Shown one piece after another: positions 46,174 through 55,740 of a stretch of 64,000 nucleotides of DNA. The notes beneath the pieces were generated by a model that had not been told where the DNA came from, did not search any database, and worked only from the letters and a program-made list of their open reading frames with translations. Source of the stretch: Candidatus Scatosoma sp. GTDB taxonomy: Bacteria > Bacillota > Clostridia > Christensenellales > Borkfalkiaceae. The DNA lies in contig JAZSPG010000070.1 of NCBI GenBank assembly GCA_045537295.1, forward strand, positions 34,955-98,954, written 5' to 3'. The number at the start of each line of letters is the position of its first letter. The stretch's first letter is position 1. The position numbers were made by a program, and so were the translations under genes.

Positions 46174-46203
46174 CTTGACTATTCATAATAAATGAATTAT
46201 AAT
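46174..46203 (+). promoter_or_regulatory. Sigma-A promoter of the 4-TM gene, spacer filled by operator O1
   Basis: TTGACT-N17-TATAAT. The spacer is exactly the palindrome attcataataaatgaat (46181-46197). Confidence 0.65.
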
Positions 46204-46221
46204 TTTTTTAAGGAGGGTTTT

Positions 46222-46665
46222 ATGGAAAATAACGATAAATTTTTAGGAGAGAGGATTCTATTAACGGTTTTCGCTATTATGCAAATTCTTTTGAGTTTTA
46301 TAACTTTATATCATTTGTATGGCGATTTGTCCTTAAATGGAGAGAAAAAGGGATTTTTATTATATGAATTATGTGGTTGTTTATGTATGATTTTACTGTG
46401 TGTAGAGTTATATTATTCGCTGAGAACTTTTTTAACGGAAAGCGTTGAAGATAAATTTATTTTACAAGGAAAAGCGTGGGTGTTTCTATTTATTGCGGGG
46501 TTTCTCTATTTTGTAACGGCATTTAGCATATATAGGAAAGAAGAGGACGATATATTTACCGCTATTTTTGCGGGTATTATTCCTTTTGGGTCTATCGTAA
46601 TTATATTTTTTATGTACATTTTAGAAAGAAAGGATTTTTTCGAAAAATTAAATAAAAGGCGCTGA
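46222..46665 (+). CDS. Hypothetical 4-TM membrane protein (147 aa)
   Basis: ATG 46222 follows AAGGAGGG. It has four hydrophobic helices. The last 7 codons and the stop lie inside direct-repeat copy 2. Confidence 0.55.
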   Translation: MENNDKFLGERILLTVFAIMQILLSFITLYHLYGDLSLNGEKKGFLLYELCGCLCMILLCVELYYSLRTFLTESVEDKFILQGKAWVFLFIAGFLYFVTAFSIYRKEEDDIFTAIFAGIIPFGSIVIIFFMYILERKDFFEKLNKRR

Positions 46666-46686
46666 CTTTCCGTCGACGCCTTTTTT
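46651..46686. repeat. Direct repeat copy 2 (terminator hairpin)
   Basis: aataaaaggcgctgactttccgtcgacgcctttttt. Confidence 0.85.
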
Positions 46687-46707
46687 ATTATAAGGAAGTA
46701 AAAATCG

Positions 46708-46736
46708 TTGCGTTTATTAGGGAATAATGGTATAAT
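46708..46736 (+). promoter_or_regulatory. Promoter abutting the ABC exporter start
   Basis: TTGCGT-N17-(TGg)TATAAT. The ATG lies 9 nt after the -10. Confidence 0.55.
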
Positions 46737-46745
46737 AGGGAAAGT

Positions 46746-48509
46746 ATGAAGACGATTTTAAGGTATTTCAAAAATTATAAATGGCAAAGCGTGTTAGGTC
46801 CGCTGTTTAAGCTTTTAGAGGCTACTTTTGAGCTGTTAGTCCCGTTTGTCGTCGGTTTAATCGTCGATAAGGGTTTGGGCGCGAATATCAACGGCGCGTA
46901 CCCGAACGCGAACAAGGGCTATATCGTGGGTATGGCGTTGCTCCTCGCGGGGTTTGGGCTGTTCGGGTTTTTGTTCTCGGTGACGGCGCAGTATTTCTCG
47001 GCGCGGGTGGCGACGGGCGTTTCCGCCGATTTGCGCAGGGATTTGTTCAAAAAAATCCAGTCGCTTTCGTATAAGGATTTGGACGGGCTGGGCTCGGCGA
47101 CGATGCTTACGCGAATGACGAGCGATATCGACAAACTGCAATCGGGGATAAACCTTGCTTTGCGCTTGTTTTTGCGTTCGCCGTTTATCGTGTTCGGCGC
47201 GATGGCGACGGCGTGCCTTATCGACCCGAGTTCATTCGGCGTGTTCGCAGTGACTATCGTAGCGCTTGCCGTGGTGGTGTACGCGATAATGTTCGCGTGT
47301 ATGCCACTTTACAAAAAAACGCAGGAAAAATTAGACGAGGTGTTGCTTTCCACCCGCGAAAACCTTACGGGCGCGCGGGTGATACGCGCGTTCTGTCACG
47401 AGGACGAGGAACAGGAAATTTTTACGAGTCGCAACCAAACGCTCACCAAGGGCAGAAAATTCGTCGGCGCGATTGCGACGGTTACCAACCCGCTTACCTA
47501 CGTTATCGTCAATTTCGCGATTATCGCGTTGCTTTGGTCGGGCGCGATTAAGGTGAATAGCGGGACGCTTTCGCAAGGGAGCGTGATTGCGTTATACAAT
47601 TTAATGGGCCAAATTTTAATCGAGCTTATCAAACTCGCCAACCTTATCGTGACGGTGACGAAAGCGGGCGCGTGCGGAAGTCGCGTTGCGTCCGTTTTGA
47701 AATTAGAGCCCTCTTTAACCGTCGTAAAAACGGACGGAGCACAACCTAAAAAACAAGAAAACGCGCCGTTTATCGCGTTCGAGGGGGTGGGCTTACAATA
47801 CAATGCGGGCGCAGAACCTGCTTTGAAGGATATTTCCTTTACCGTAGAGCGCGGACAAACGGTGGGCGTTATCGGCGGTACGGGGAGCGGGAAAACTTCG
47901 CTCGTCAATTTAATACCGCATTTTTACGACGCGAGTGAAGGGTGCGTGCTAATCGAGGGGCAAAGCGTGCAATCGGAAAGTTTGCAGGGCTTTTTAAGAA
48001 CGCGTATCGGTATCGTACCGCAAAAAGCGGTGCTGTTTAAGGGTACGCTGAAAGAGAATTTGCTTTGGGGGGACAAAACGGCGACGGACGAACGGCTTTG
48101 GGAAGCGCTTGCGCTGGCGTGCGCGGACGGGTTCGTGCGCGAAAAGGGCGGTTTGGATATCCCTGTCGAACAGGGCGGTAAAAACTTTTCGGGCGGGCAA
48201 AAACAGCGTTTGACGATAGCGCGGGCGTTAGTTAGAAACCCTGAAATTTTGATTTTGGACGACAGTAGTTCGGCGCTCGACTACGCGACGGACGCGGAGC
48301 TTAGAAAAAATGTCCGCGCCTTGAAAACGACGAGCTTTATCGTTTCGCAACGCGCCTCGTCCGTAATGCACGCCGATAAAATTATCGTCTTGGACGACGG
48401 CGTTGCCGTGGGGCAGGGTACGCACGAACAGCTTATGGCTTGTTGCGAGGTATACCGTGAAATCTATTTTTCGCAATACGGCGAAGAAGAAGGGGGTGAC
48501 GCGGTATGA
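46746..48509 (+). CDS. ABC exporter, fused permease/ATPase (heterodimer subunit 1)
   Basis: 6-TM domain, Walker A GGTGSGKTS, signature FSGGQKQR and Walker B ILILDD. Confidence 0.9.
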   Translation: MKTILRYFKNYKWQSVLGPLFKLLEATFELLVPFVVGLIVDKGLGANINGAYPNANKGYIVGMALLLAGFGLFGFLFSVTAQYFSARVATGVSADLRRDLFKKIQSLSYKDLDGLGSATMLTRMTSDIDKLQSGINLALRLFLRSPFIVFGAMATACLIDPSSFGVFAVTIVALAVVVYAIMFACMPLYKKTQEKLDEVLLSTRENLTGARVIRAFCHEDEEQEIFTSRNQTLTKGRKFVGAIATVTNPLTYVIVNFAIIALLWSGAIKVNSGTLSQGSVIALYNLMGQILIELIKLANLIVTVTKAGACGSRVASVLKLEPSLTVVKTDGAQPKKQENAPFIAFEGVGLQYNAGAEPALKDISFTVERGQTVGVIGGTGSGKTSLVNLIPHFYDASEGCVLIEGQSVQSESLQGFLRTRIGIVPQKAVLFKGTLKENLLWGDKTATDERLWEALALACADGFVREKGGLDIPVEQGGKNFSGGQKQRLTIARALVRNPEILILDDSSSALDYATDAELRKNVRALKTTSFIVSQRASSVMHADKIIVLDDGVAVGQGTHEQLMACCEVYREIYFSQYGEEEGGDAV

Positions 48510-50269
48510 AAAACGCAAAAAAGCAAAATAAAGGTACGCTTTCGCGTGTGTTGCGTTACGTTGGGAAATACCCCTTTGCGCTCGTCGGGTCGTTGCTGTT
48601 CTCGCTCGTTTGCGTGGGGGCGACCTTGTTGATTCCCGTGTTCTTCGGGGACGCAATCGATTGCATAATCGAGGCGGGCAAGGTGGATTTTAGTGCGTTA
48701 AAGCATTTGTTCGTCAAAACGGGTGCGAGCGCGCTTATAGCGGGGCTTTGTCAATGGCTTGCGGGGCTTTGCAATAATAAAATTTCGTGTAGCGTGGTGC
48801 GCGATTTACGCGCGGACGCGTTTGCGAAAATTTCTAAACTTCCGTTATCGTATATAGACACCCACCCGCACGGCGATACGGTGAGTAGGGTGATTGCCGA
48901 CGCCGACCAGTTTTCAGAGGGCTTGCTTATCGGGTTTACGCAATTTTTCACAGGCGTCGTCACTATACTCGGTACGCTTGGGTTTATGCTTATCACCAAC
49001 GCAAAAATCGGTTTGGCGGTGGTGGTGCTTACCCCGTTGTCCGTGCTGATTGCGCGGTTTGTGGCGACGCATACGCATAAATTTTTCGTCGAGCAAACGA
49101 AAACGCGCGGGGAACAGACGGCGTTTGCCGAAGAGGCGATTTCGGGCTTAAAGACCACGCAGGCGTTTGCGCGCGAAGCGGAAAACGAGGAAAAGTTCGA
49201 CCAAATGAACGCAAGACTGCAAAAGGCGTCGCTAAAAGCCACCTTTTATTCCTCGCTCGTCAATCCGTCCACGCGGTTTATCAATAATTTGATATACGCC
49301 GTAGTCGCGCTTATCGGCGCGATAGAGGTAGCCAACGGTTCGGTGGTGTGGGGTACGGCGTTTACCGTCGGCGGTTTAACCAAGTTCCTGTCCTACACAA
49401 ATCAATACACAAAACCTTTCAACGAGATTTCAGGGGTTATCACCGAGCTGAAAAGCGCGCTCACCTGCGCGGAACGCATTTTCGAGCTGATAGACGAGGA
49501 AGAAGAGGTTTCGGATAAGGCGAATAAAACGCTGGGCAGGGCGCAGGGCGAGGTTTCGCTAAATAGCGTGTATTTTTCATACGATAAAAACCGCAAACTA
49601 ATTGAGGATTTGTCTTTGCAGGTGGCGCAAGGCAAGCGCGTGGCGATTGTCGGCAGGACGGGTAGCGGGAAAACGACGCTCATCAATTTACTAATGCGTT
49701 TTTACGACACGGACGCGGGCGCGGTGAAAGTAGACGGCGAGGATATCAAAGGTTTGACGAGGACCTCGCTTCGCGAAAATTACGGTATGGTTTTACAGGA
49801 AACTTGGTTAAAGAGCGGTACGGTAAAGGAAAATTTACTTTTTGGTAAGGCGGACGCGACGGACGAGGAACTAATACGAGCGTCCAAAGCGACGCGGGCG
49901 CACGCGTTTATCAAGCGTTTGGAAAAGGGTTACGATACGCCGTTGTCGCAAGAGGGCGGGGATTTGTCCGAAGGGCAAAAACAACTGCTTTGTATCACGC
50001 GCGTGATGCTGAGCCTACCGCCTATGCTTATTTTGGACGAGGCGACCTCGTCTATCGATACGCGGACGGAGCTGAAAATTTCCGACGCGTTCCATAAACT
50101 TATGTTAGGCAGAACGAGCTTTATCGTCGCGCACAGACTTTCGACCGTGCGTAGCGCGGATATCATTTTGGTGATGGAAAACGGCAGGGTGGTGGAAAAG
50201 GGTACGCACGAAGAACTGTTGCGAAAAAACGGCGCGTACAAGACGCTGTATAACGGTCAATTTTCTTAA
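48506..50269 (+). CDS. ABC exporter, fused permease/ATPase (heterodimer subunit 2)
   Basis: Walker A GRTGSGKTT, signature LSEGQKQL and Walker B MLILDEATS. 4-nt overlap with subunit 1. Confidence 0.9.
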   Translation: MKNAKKQNKGTLSRVLRYVGKYPFALVGSLLFSLVCVGATLLIPVFFGDAIDCIIEAGKVDFSALKHLFVKTGASALIAGLCQWLAGLCNNKISCSVVRDLRADAFAKISKLPLSYIDTHPHGDTVSRVIADADQFSEGLLIGFTQFFTGVVTILGTLGFMLITNAKIGLAVVVLTPLSVLIARFVATHTHKFFVEQTKTRGEQTAFAEEAISGLKTTQAFAREAENEEKFDQMNARLQKASLKATFYSSLVNPSTRFINNLIYAVVALIGAIEVANGSVVWGTAFTVGGLTKFLSYTNQYTKPFNEISGVITELKSALTCAERIFELIDEEEEVSDKANKTLGRAQGEVSLNSVYFSYDKNRKLIEDLSLQVAQGKRVAIVGRTGSGKTTLINLLMRFYDTDAGAVKVDGEDIKGLTRTSLRENYGMVLQETWLKSGTVKENLLFGKADATDEELIRASKATRAHAFIKRLEKGYDTPLSQEGGDLSEGQKQLLCITRVMLSLPPMLILDEATSSIDTRTELKISDAFHKLMLGRTSFIVAHRLSTVRSADIILVMENGRVVEKGTHEELLRKNGAYKTLYNGQFS

Positions 50270-50284
50270 AAAACGGATAAAAAT

Positions 50285-51910
50285 ATGCGTAAAGAAATAG
50301 CAAAAAAACAAAAGAAAACGAAAACGAGCATTCGCGGTAAATACGCGTTACAGCTTATCCTCGTCGGTGCGGTGACGGGGGTGTTTGCGGGCGCGGTGAC
50401 GAGCTTGTTTAATATTTTAGCACATATCGGCGAGGCGTTTTCCCGCGGGGCGTATGCGTTCGTGCGCGAAAATCCCGCGTTTATTCCCCTGCTCGTCTTG
50501 GCACTGGGACTGGGTGCGTTTTTTATCGGCGTGTTCGCGGAAATTTCCTTTGTTACGCGCGGTTGCGGTATACCGCAAGCCGAGGGCGCGACGCGCGGGT
50601 TCGTGCGGTTTAGGTGGTTTAAGGACGCGACGGCGACTTTTGCAAGCTGTCTTTTGAGTATCTTTTTGGGCTTGTCTATCGGTGCGGAAGGACCGAGTGT
50701 GCTTATCGGCGCGTGCGTGGGCGACGGCGTGGCTTCGACTACGCACAGGAACGAGATGATAAAGCGTTATCAAATTACGGGCGGGGCTTGTACGGGCTTG
50801 GCGGTGGCGGGTAACGCGCCGTTGACGGGTATTATTTTCGCGTTCGAGGAAGCGCATAAGCGCTTTACCCCCGAGGTGTTTATTTGTGCGTTTTCGTCCG
50901 TCATTTTCGGTATGCTGACGCGCACGGCAATTTATTCGGCGTTCGGGTTAAATCTTGAAGTGGCGTTCGGTTCGTACGCATTTTTCGAGTTGCCCTTGAC
51001 CGCGTATGCGTTCGTCGTTTTGTCAGGGGCGGTTTGCGGGCTTTTCGGCGTTTTGTTTTACAAAGCTTGTTTTTGGGTGCGCCGTCTTTTTAAGAAAATC
51101 CAAACGAAAAAAACCAAGTATAACCACGCGATAAGCATTGCAATCGCCGTGCTTTTGGGAGGTATCGTATCCTTCGTCGCGACCGGCGTTATGGGCGGTG
51201 GACACGAGCTTATCCATTCGCTCGGCTCGCTCGGCGGTACGGGCGAAACGCATATGCAAAGCGTGTGGGGCTTGTCGCTGGTTTTGTCCTTAGTCATTAT
51301 TTTGGTTTTGAAATTTTTGATAACGACGGTAAACGTCGGGGCGGGCATACCTTGCGGGATTTTTATCCCGATTATCGCGACAGGCGCGTGTTTGGGCGGA
51401 CTTTTGAATAGCGCGTGGACGGCGCTCGGAATGGACGGTAAGTACGCCGATTTGATGATTATGCTTTGTATGTCGGCGTATTTTGCGACCATCGTCAAAG
51501 CACCCCTCACCGCTATCGTGATGATTTGCGAGTTTACGGGCAGTTTTGCACCCCTGCTCCCCGTCGTGATTGCCGTTTCGATAGGCTATATAATCGGCGA
51601 TATTTTCCGCTTGGACGGTATTTACGAAGAACTTTTAGAAATCTACGAACGCGAAAGCGGTTTCCACGAACAGGCGGTAAGAGAGGTATATACCTTTACC
51701 GTCACGCACGGCGCGATAGCCGAAAAACGCGAAATCCGCGACGTATTGTGGCCGTCGGGGGCGCGGGTTGTAGAAATTAAACGGGGCGATGAAGTGATTT
51801 TGCCTGACGGCGATACCGTTTTGGTTAAGGGCGATATATTAACGATTGTCTGCAAAACGCCCGACCATCAAAAAGTCAAGGACGAGCTTACGCATATCCT
51901 CGGCGAATAA
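50285..51910 (+). CDS. ClC-family chloride channel/antiporter with C-terminal RCK_C (TrkA-C) domain
   Basis: GCGIPQ, GAEGPSV and GIFIP selectivity motifs. C-terminal VVEIKRGDEVILPDGDTVLVKGDILTI. Confidence 0.88.
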   Translation: MRKEIAKKQKKTKTSIRGKYALQLILVGAVTGVFAGAVTSLFNILAHIGEAFSRGAYAFVRENPAFIPLLVLALGLGAFFIGVFAEISFVTRGCGIPQAEGATRGFVRFRWFKDATATFASCLLSIFLGLSIGAEGPSVLIGACVGDGVASTTHRNEMIKRYQITGGACTGLAVAGNAPLTGIIFAFEEAHKRFTPEVFICAFSSVIFGMLTRTAIYSAFGLNLEVAFGSYAFFELPLTAYAFVVLSGAVCGLFGVLFYKACFWVRRLFKKIQTKKTKYNHAISIAIAVLLGGIVSFVATGVMGGGHELIHSLGSLGGTGETHMQSVWGLSLVLSLVIILVLKFLITTVNVGAGIPCGIFIPIIATGACLGGLLNSAWTALGMDGKYADLMIMLCMSAYFATIVKAPLTAIVMICEFTGSFAPLLPVVIAVSIGYIIGDIFRLDGIYEELLEIYERESGFHEQAVREVYTFTVTHGAIAEKREIRDVLWPSGARVVEIKRGDEVILPDGDTVLVKGDILTIVCKTPDHQKVKDELTHILGE

Positions 51911-51940
51911 ACGGGCGAAGATACGGCGTAGCAAAACAAG

Positions 51941-51969
51941 CATATTTTCCCCTCTTTCTCTCATATAGT
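51941..51969 (+). promoter_or_regulatory. Possible sigma-E-like promoter of yqfCD
   Basis: CATATT-N15-CATATAGT about 30 nt before yqfC. yqfCD is mother-cell expressed in Bacillus. Confidence 0.4.
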
Positions 51970-52000
51970 AAGTAGGGAAATTACGGGGAGAGCGGAGAAA

Positions 52001-52261
52001 ATGCGGTTATACGACGAAATTTTCAAGGAAACGGACGGAATACGGCTGGGTCGGTGGACGGTGGTAGTCAACGGCGGAGGGTATTTCGAGGGCGTGAAAG
52101 CGGTGGGCGAGTTTTCGCCTGAGCGGATTGCGTTATATTACGGCGCGGGCGTAGCGGAAGTGGAAGGGGAAAACCTTTCTATCAAAAAATACTGCGACGG
52201 CGATTTGCAAATTTCGGGGCGGATATCGTCGGTGAAATTCCTCTCTAAAAAGGAAGGCTGA
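52001..52261 (+). CDS. yqfC: Sporulation protein YqfC (YabP/YqfC family)
   Basis: 86 aa ending in GENLSIKKY..LQISGRISSVKF. Bacillus-like synteny with yqfD-phoH. Confidence 0.75.
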   Translation: MRLYDEIFKETDGIRLGRWTVVVNGGGYFEGVKAVGEFSPERIALYYGAGVAEVEGENLSIKKYCDGDLQISGRISSVKFLSKKEG

Positions 52262-52263
52262 GT

Positions 52264-53175
52264 ATGCGGATATTTGCTTTACGCCAAAGAATGTCTATCG
52301 AGGGGATTATGCCCGAACGCGCGCTTTTGAAACTGCGCAGGGCGGGTATCGACCTGTTCGATATCAAAAAACCGCAAAAAAACAGGCTGGATTTCACCGT
52401 CGCGCAAAAAGATATGCAAAAAGTTTTTGCAATTTATCCAAACCTGTGCTATAATAATGTTGGAACTTCGCCGTATACGGCAAAATGCTTGGGGGCGGTG
52501 GGCGTAGCCAAATACCTCGCCTTTGCCGTCAAACGCATAGGTCTTGTCCTTGGCGCGCTCGTGTTTTTAGGCGGAACGCTAATTTTGGATAATTTCGTGT
52601 TCGGCGTAGATTTCGTGGGTTCTGCCGTTTACGCGCGCGAGGCGCGTATGACGCTTAGCGAGTTCGGTATCAAACCGTTTGCAAGATATACGGGCGGGAA
52701 CGAGGATTTGATTTGTTCCAAGTTACTTTGCTTGGACGGCGTGGAATTTTGTTCGGTGAAAAAGAACGGTCTGCGCGTACGCGTGGAAATGCGACTTGGC
52801 GAAACGGGCGAGTACAGATTGCAAGCGGGGGATTTAACCGCAAAGCGTTCAGGCGAAATTATCGCGCTCACCGCGTTACGCGGTACGCCGTTGAAAGCCA
52901 AAGGCGATAAGGTGACGGCGGGCGAAACGCTGGTAGGCGGTTGGTTCTTAAAAGGCGAAGAACGGATAAGCGTCGAGCCGATTGCAAGGGTGCGTATCGC
53001 GTGTCTGCACGAGGCGGAGTATTGCGTAGAGAGCGAGGAGCAAGCGTTTGCCGAGGCGTATTTGGAGCTGGGGCTTGGCGAGGACGCGGAGATAACCGCG
53101 TTGCAAGTGCAAAAAAGCGAAAACGGGTATTTGGTGAAAATCGAATATATTGCGGTGGAAAGCATAAACTTTTAA
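52264..53175 (+). CDS. yqfD: Sporulation protein YqfD-like
   Basis: 303 aa with one central TM. Its position between yqfC and phoH supports the call. Confidence 0.7.
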   Translation: MRIFALRQRMSIEGIMPERALLKLRRAGIDLFDIKKPQKNRLDFTVAQKDMQKVFAIYPNLCYNNVGTSPYTAKCLGAVGVAKYLAFAVKRIGLVLGALVFLGGTLILDNFVFGVDFVGSAVYAREARMTLSEFGIKPFARYTGGNEDLICSKLLCLDGVEFCSVKKNGLRVRVEMRLGETGEYRLQAGDLTAKRSGEIIALTALRGTPLKAKGDKVTAGETLVGGWFLKGEERISVEPIARVRIACLHEAEYCVESEEQAFAEAYLELGLGEDAEITALQVQKSENGYLVKIEYIAVESINF

Positions 53176-53209
53176 GGAAGGCTTGCCAAGGGGCGAGCGG
53201 GAGGAAATT

Positions 53210-54232
53210 TTGGCGAAAGAGCTGAAAGTAACGGAAACGGTAGATACGAAATCGGTGGACAGGCTTGCCCGAATTTTAGGTAATTTTGACGAAAATTTGG
53301 AATATTTAACGGCGGAGCTTGGCGTAATTTCCTTCGTCGAGGGAATGAAAATTCGCTTGGAGGGCGAGGCGAGTGCGGTGAAAATCGGTGCGAAAGCGCT
53401 GAGTGCGCTCGTGAAAATGGCGGGCGAGAACGAGGAAATTGACAAAAGCCGTATCGCGTATTGTATCGAGCTTGCCAAAGAAGGCAGAGAGGACGAATTG
53501 AACGCTTTGTCCGCGGGCGTAGTCGCGATTACGGCGCGCGGTAAGCAAATCAAATGCAAAACGGTAGGACAAAAATCCTACGTGGACAGTATCAAAAAGA
53601 ATACCGTGGTATTCGGGGTCGGTCCTGCGGGTACGGGCAAAACCTACCTCGCCGTGTGTATGGCGGTATCGGCGTTCAAGAGTAAGCAGGTGGAGAAAAT
53701 CGTGCTGACCCGTCCTGCCGTGGAGGCGGGCGAAAAGCTGGGGTTCTTGCCAGGGGATTTACAAACCAAAGTAGACCCGTACCTGCGCCCGTTGTACGAC
53801 GCGTTGCAAGAGCTGTTGGGCTTGGAAACCTACGCGAAACTTATGGAGCGCGGAGCTATCGAAGTCGCGCCGTTGGCGTATATGCGGGGCAGAACGCTGT
53901 CTAACGCGTTCATTATTTTGGACGAGGCGCAGAACACGACGAGAGAGCAAATGAAGATGTTTCTAACGCGTATGGGCGAGGGCAGTAAAGTGGTGGTAAC
54001 GGGCGACGTCACGCAGATAGACTTGGACGGAAAGCAAAGCGGACTCGTTCACGCAACGCAAATTTTAGAGGAAGTGGAAGGTATCGGCGTTTGCCGTTTA
54101 ACCGCCAAAGACGTCGTGCGACACCCGCTCGTGATGCGGATAATCCGTGCGTACGAGCAAGCGGACGAAACCAAGAAAGAAAAACCCAAAAAACCCGCAA
54201 AAACGGGGGATAAGGAGAGTAACGAAGGATGA
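53210..54232 (+). CDS. phoH: PhoH-family ATPase
   Basis: Walker A GPAGTGKTYLAV and DEAQN. TTG 53210 follows GGGAGGA (the ORF-track TTG 53183 is an alternative). Confidence 0.9.
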   Translation: MAKELKVTETVDTKSVDRLARILGNFDENLEYLTAELGVISFVEGMKIRLEGEASAVKIGAKALSALVKMAGENEEIDKSRIAYCIELAKEGREDELNALSAGVVAITARGKQIKCKTVGQKSYVDSIKKNTVVFGVGPAGTGKTYLAVCMAVSAFKSKQVEKIVLTRPAVEAGEKLGFLPGDLQTKVDPYLRPLYDALQELLGLETYAKLMERGAIEVAPLAYMRGRTLSNAFIILDEAQNTTREQMKMFLTRMGEGSKVVVTGDVTQIDLDGKQSGLVHATQILEEVEGIGVCRLTAKDVVRHPLVMRIIRAYEQADETKKEKPKKPAKTGDKESNEG

Positions 54233-55740
54233 CGGAAAGAGAACGCATAGGACAAGACTGGACGAGGGCGGACGCCTTAAAAAGTGCGCTCTGGTTTTTG
54301 TTGCATTTTGCAATTTACGCGGTGTTGGCGCTCGCGTTGTTGATAGGCGATAAATTTTCGTATATTTTAGAATATTTTTCTAAGGAAGGCGCGAATTATT
54401 TATACGCGGGCTTTTGTACGCTGTTGCTATTCACCGTTACTTATTTTTATTTCTACTTTGAAAATAAAGAGGTGTTGACGAGCGGGAAAACGATAGCGCT
54501 CGTATTTACGATAATCGATTTGCATTTAATATTGTCCTGTTTGATAGGCTATAAACTCGCCATTTACGCAAGACCGATTGCGCTCGTCGCGCTTTTAACG
54601 GTAGTGCTTATCGGTAGGCGCGAGGCGATATTTATGAATATCGTCGGCGCGCTGTTGGTGTTCGTTATCGATACCTTCGCAATGCCCGAGGTTAGCAATA
54701 AAGAATGTTATTCGTCGCTGATTATCGCGTTTACTGCGGGTATGATAGCACTGTTTATGGGCAGTCGGGCAAGAACGCGGTTTAGCGTCGTCAAAATCGG
54801 TTTGATAATCTTCATTCCGATAGATATCGTTATTTTCCTTTTGGAAATAACGGGGCTTGTCAACGCGGGCGGTCAGCTTGCGGGCGAACCCACTTGGAAC
54901 GGTATTTTAACGCAAATGGGCTTTGGGCTTTTCGGCGGGATTATGTCTACCGTTATTTTCCTTACCGTATTGCCTTTATTCGAGGGGATATTTAACCGTT
55001 TGACCGTATTCCGTTTGCGCGAGCTTATCAGTTCGGACGCGAAAATTTTGAAAAAACTCAAATCGGAAGCGCCGGGGACGTACAACCATTCCATGATGGT
55101 GGCACAGCTTGCGGAGGCGAGCGCGGCGGCGATAGGCGAAAACGTCGATTTCGCGCGCGCGGCGGCGCTGTACCACGACGTCGGTAAGTTGCATTATCCC
55201 GAACATTTCACCGAAAACCAAGGGGATTACAATTTGCACGACGAGCTCACGCCCGAACTTTCCGCCGATATTATCCGTTCGCACGCAAAGGACGGGTATA
55301 CGCTCATTCGCAACCACCACTTGCCCGATTTCCTCGCGGATATCGCGGTGGAACACCACGGTACGATGCCTATCCGTTATTTCTACGCAAAGGCGCTGAA
55401 AATGACGGACGGTGAGCTGAATATCGAGGATTTCTCCTATTTAGGTCCGAAACCGCAAACCAAGCTTTCGGCGATTATTATGATATGCGACGCGTCGGAG
55501 GCGGCGGTGCGCGCAGTGAACGCAAGAACGCCCGACGAGGCGGAAAAGGCTATCCGCGCGGTGATTGAAGAGCGTATGGATTTGGAACAATTCGCCGAAT
55601 GTGATATTACGATGGCGGATTTGACGAAGATACGGCTTGCGCTCGTCAACGCGCTTACGGGTGTGTACCACCGCCGTATTAAATATCCCAGCATTAAATA
55701 TCGCCGTACGGAAAGCGGTACGAAAGGGGAGAACGAATGA
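54229..55740 (+). CDS. 7TM-HD (HDIG) membrane phosphohydrolase, PgpH/YqfF-like
   Basis: Seven TM helices followed by an HD domain (HSMMVAQLAE, LYHDVGK). Confidence 0.85.
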   Translation: MTERERIGQDWTRADALKSALWFLLHFAIYAVLALALLIGDKFSYILEYFSKEGANYLYAGFCTLLLFTVTYFYFYFENKEVLTSGKTIALVFTIIDLHLILSCLIGYKLAIYARPIALVALLTVVLIGRREAIFMNIVGALLVFVIDTFAMPEVSNKECYSSLIIAFTAGMIALFMGSRARTRFSVVKIGLIIFIPIDIVIFLLEITGLVNAGGQLAGEPTWNGILTQMGFGLFGGIMSTVIFLTVLPLFEGIFNRLTVFRLRELISSDAKILKKLKSEAPGTYNHSMMVAQLAEASAAAIGENVDFARAAALYHDVGKLHYPEHFTENQGDYNLHDELTPELSADIIRSHAKDGYTLIRNHHLPDFLADIAVEHHGTMPIRYFYAKALKMTDGELNIEDFSYLGPKPQTKLSAIIMICDASEAAVRAVNARTPDEAEKAIRAVIEERMDLEQFAECDITMADLTKIRLALVNALTGVYHRRIKYPSIKYRRTESGTKGENE

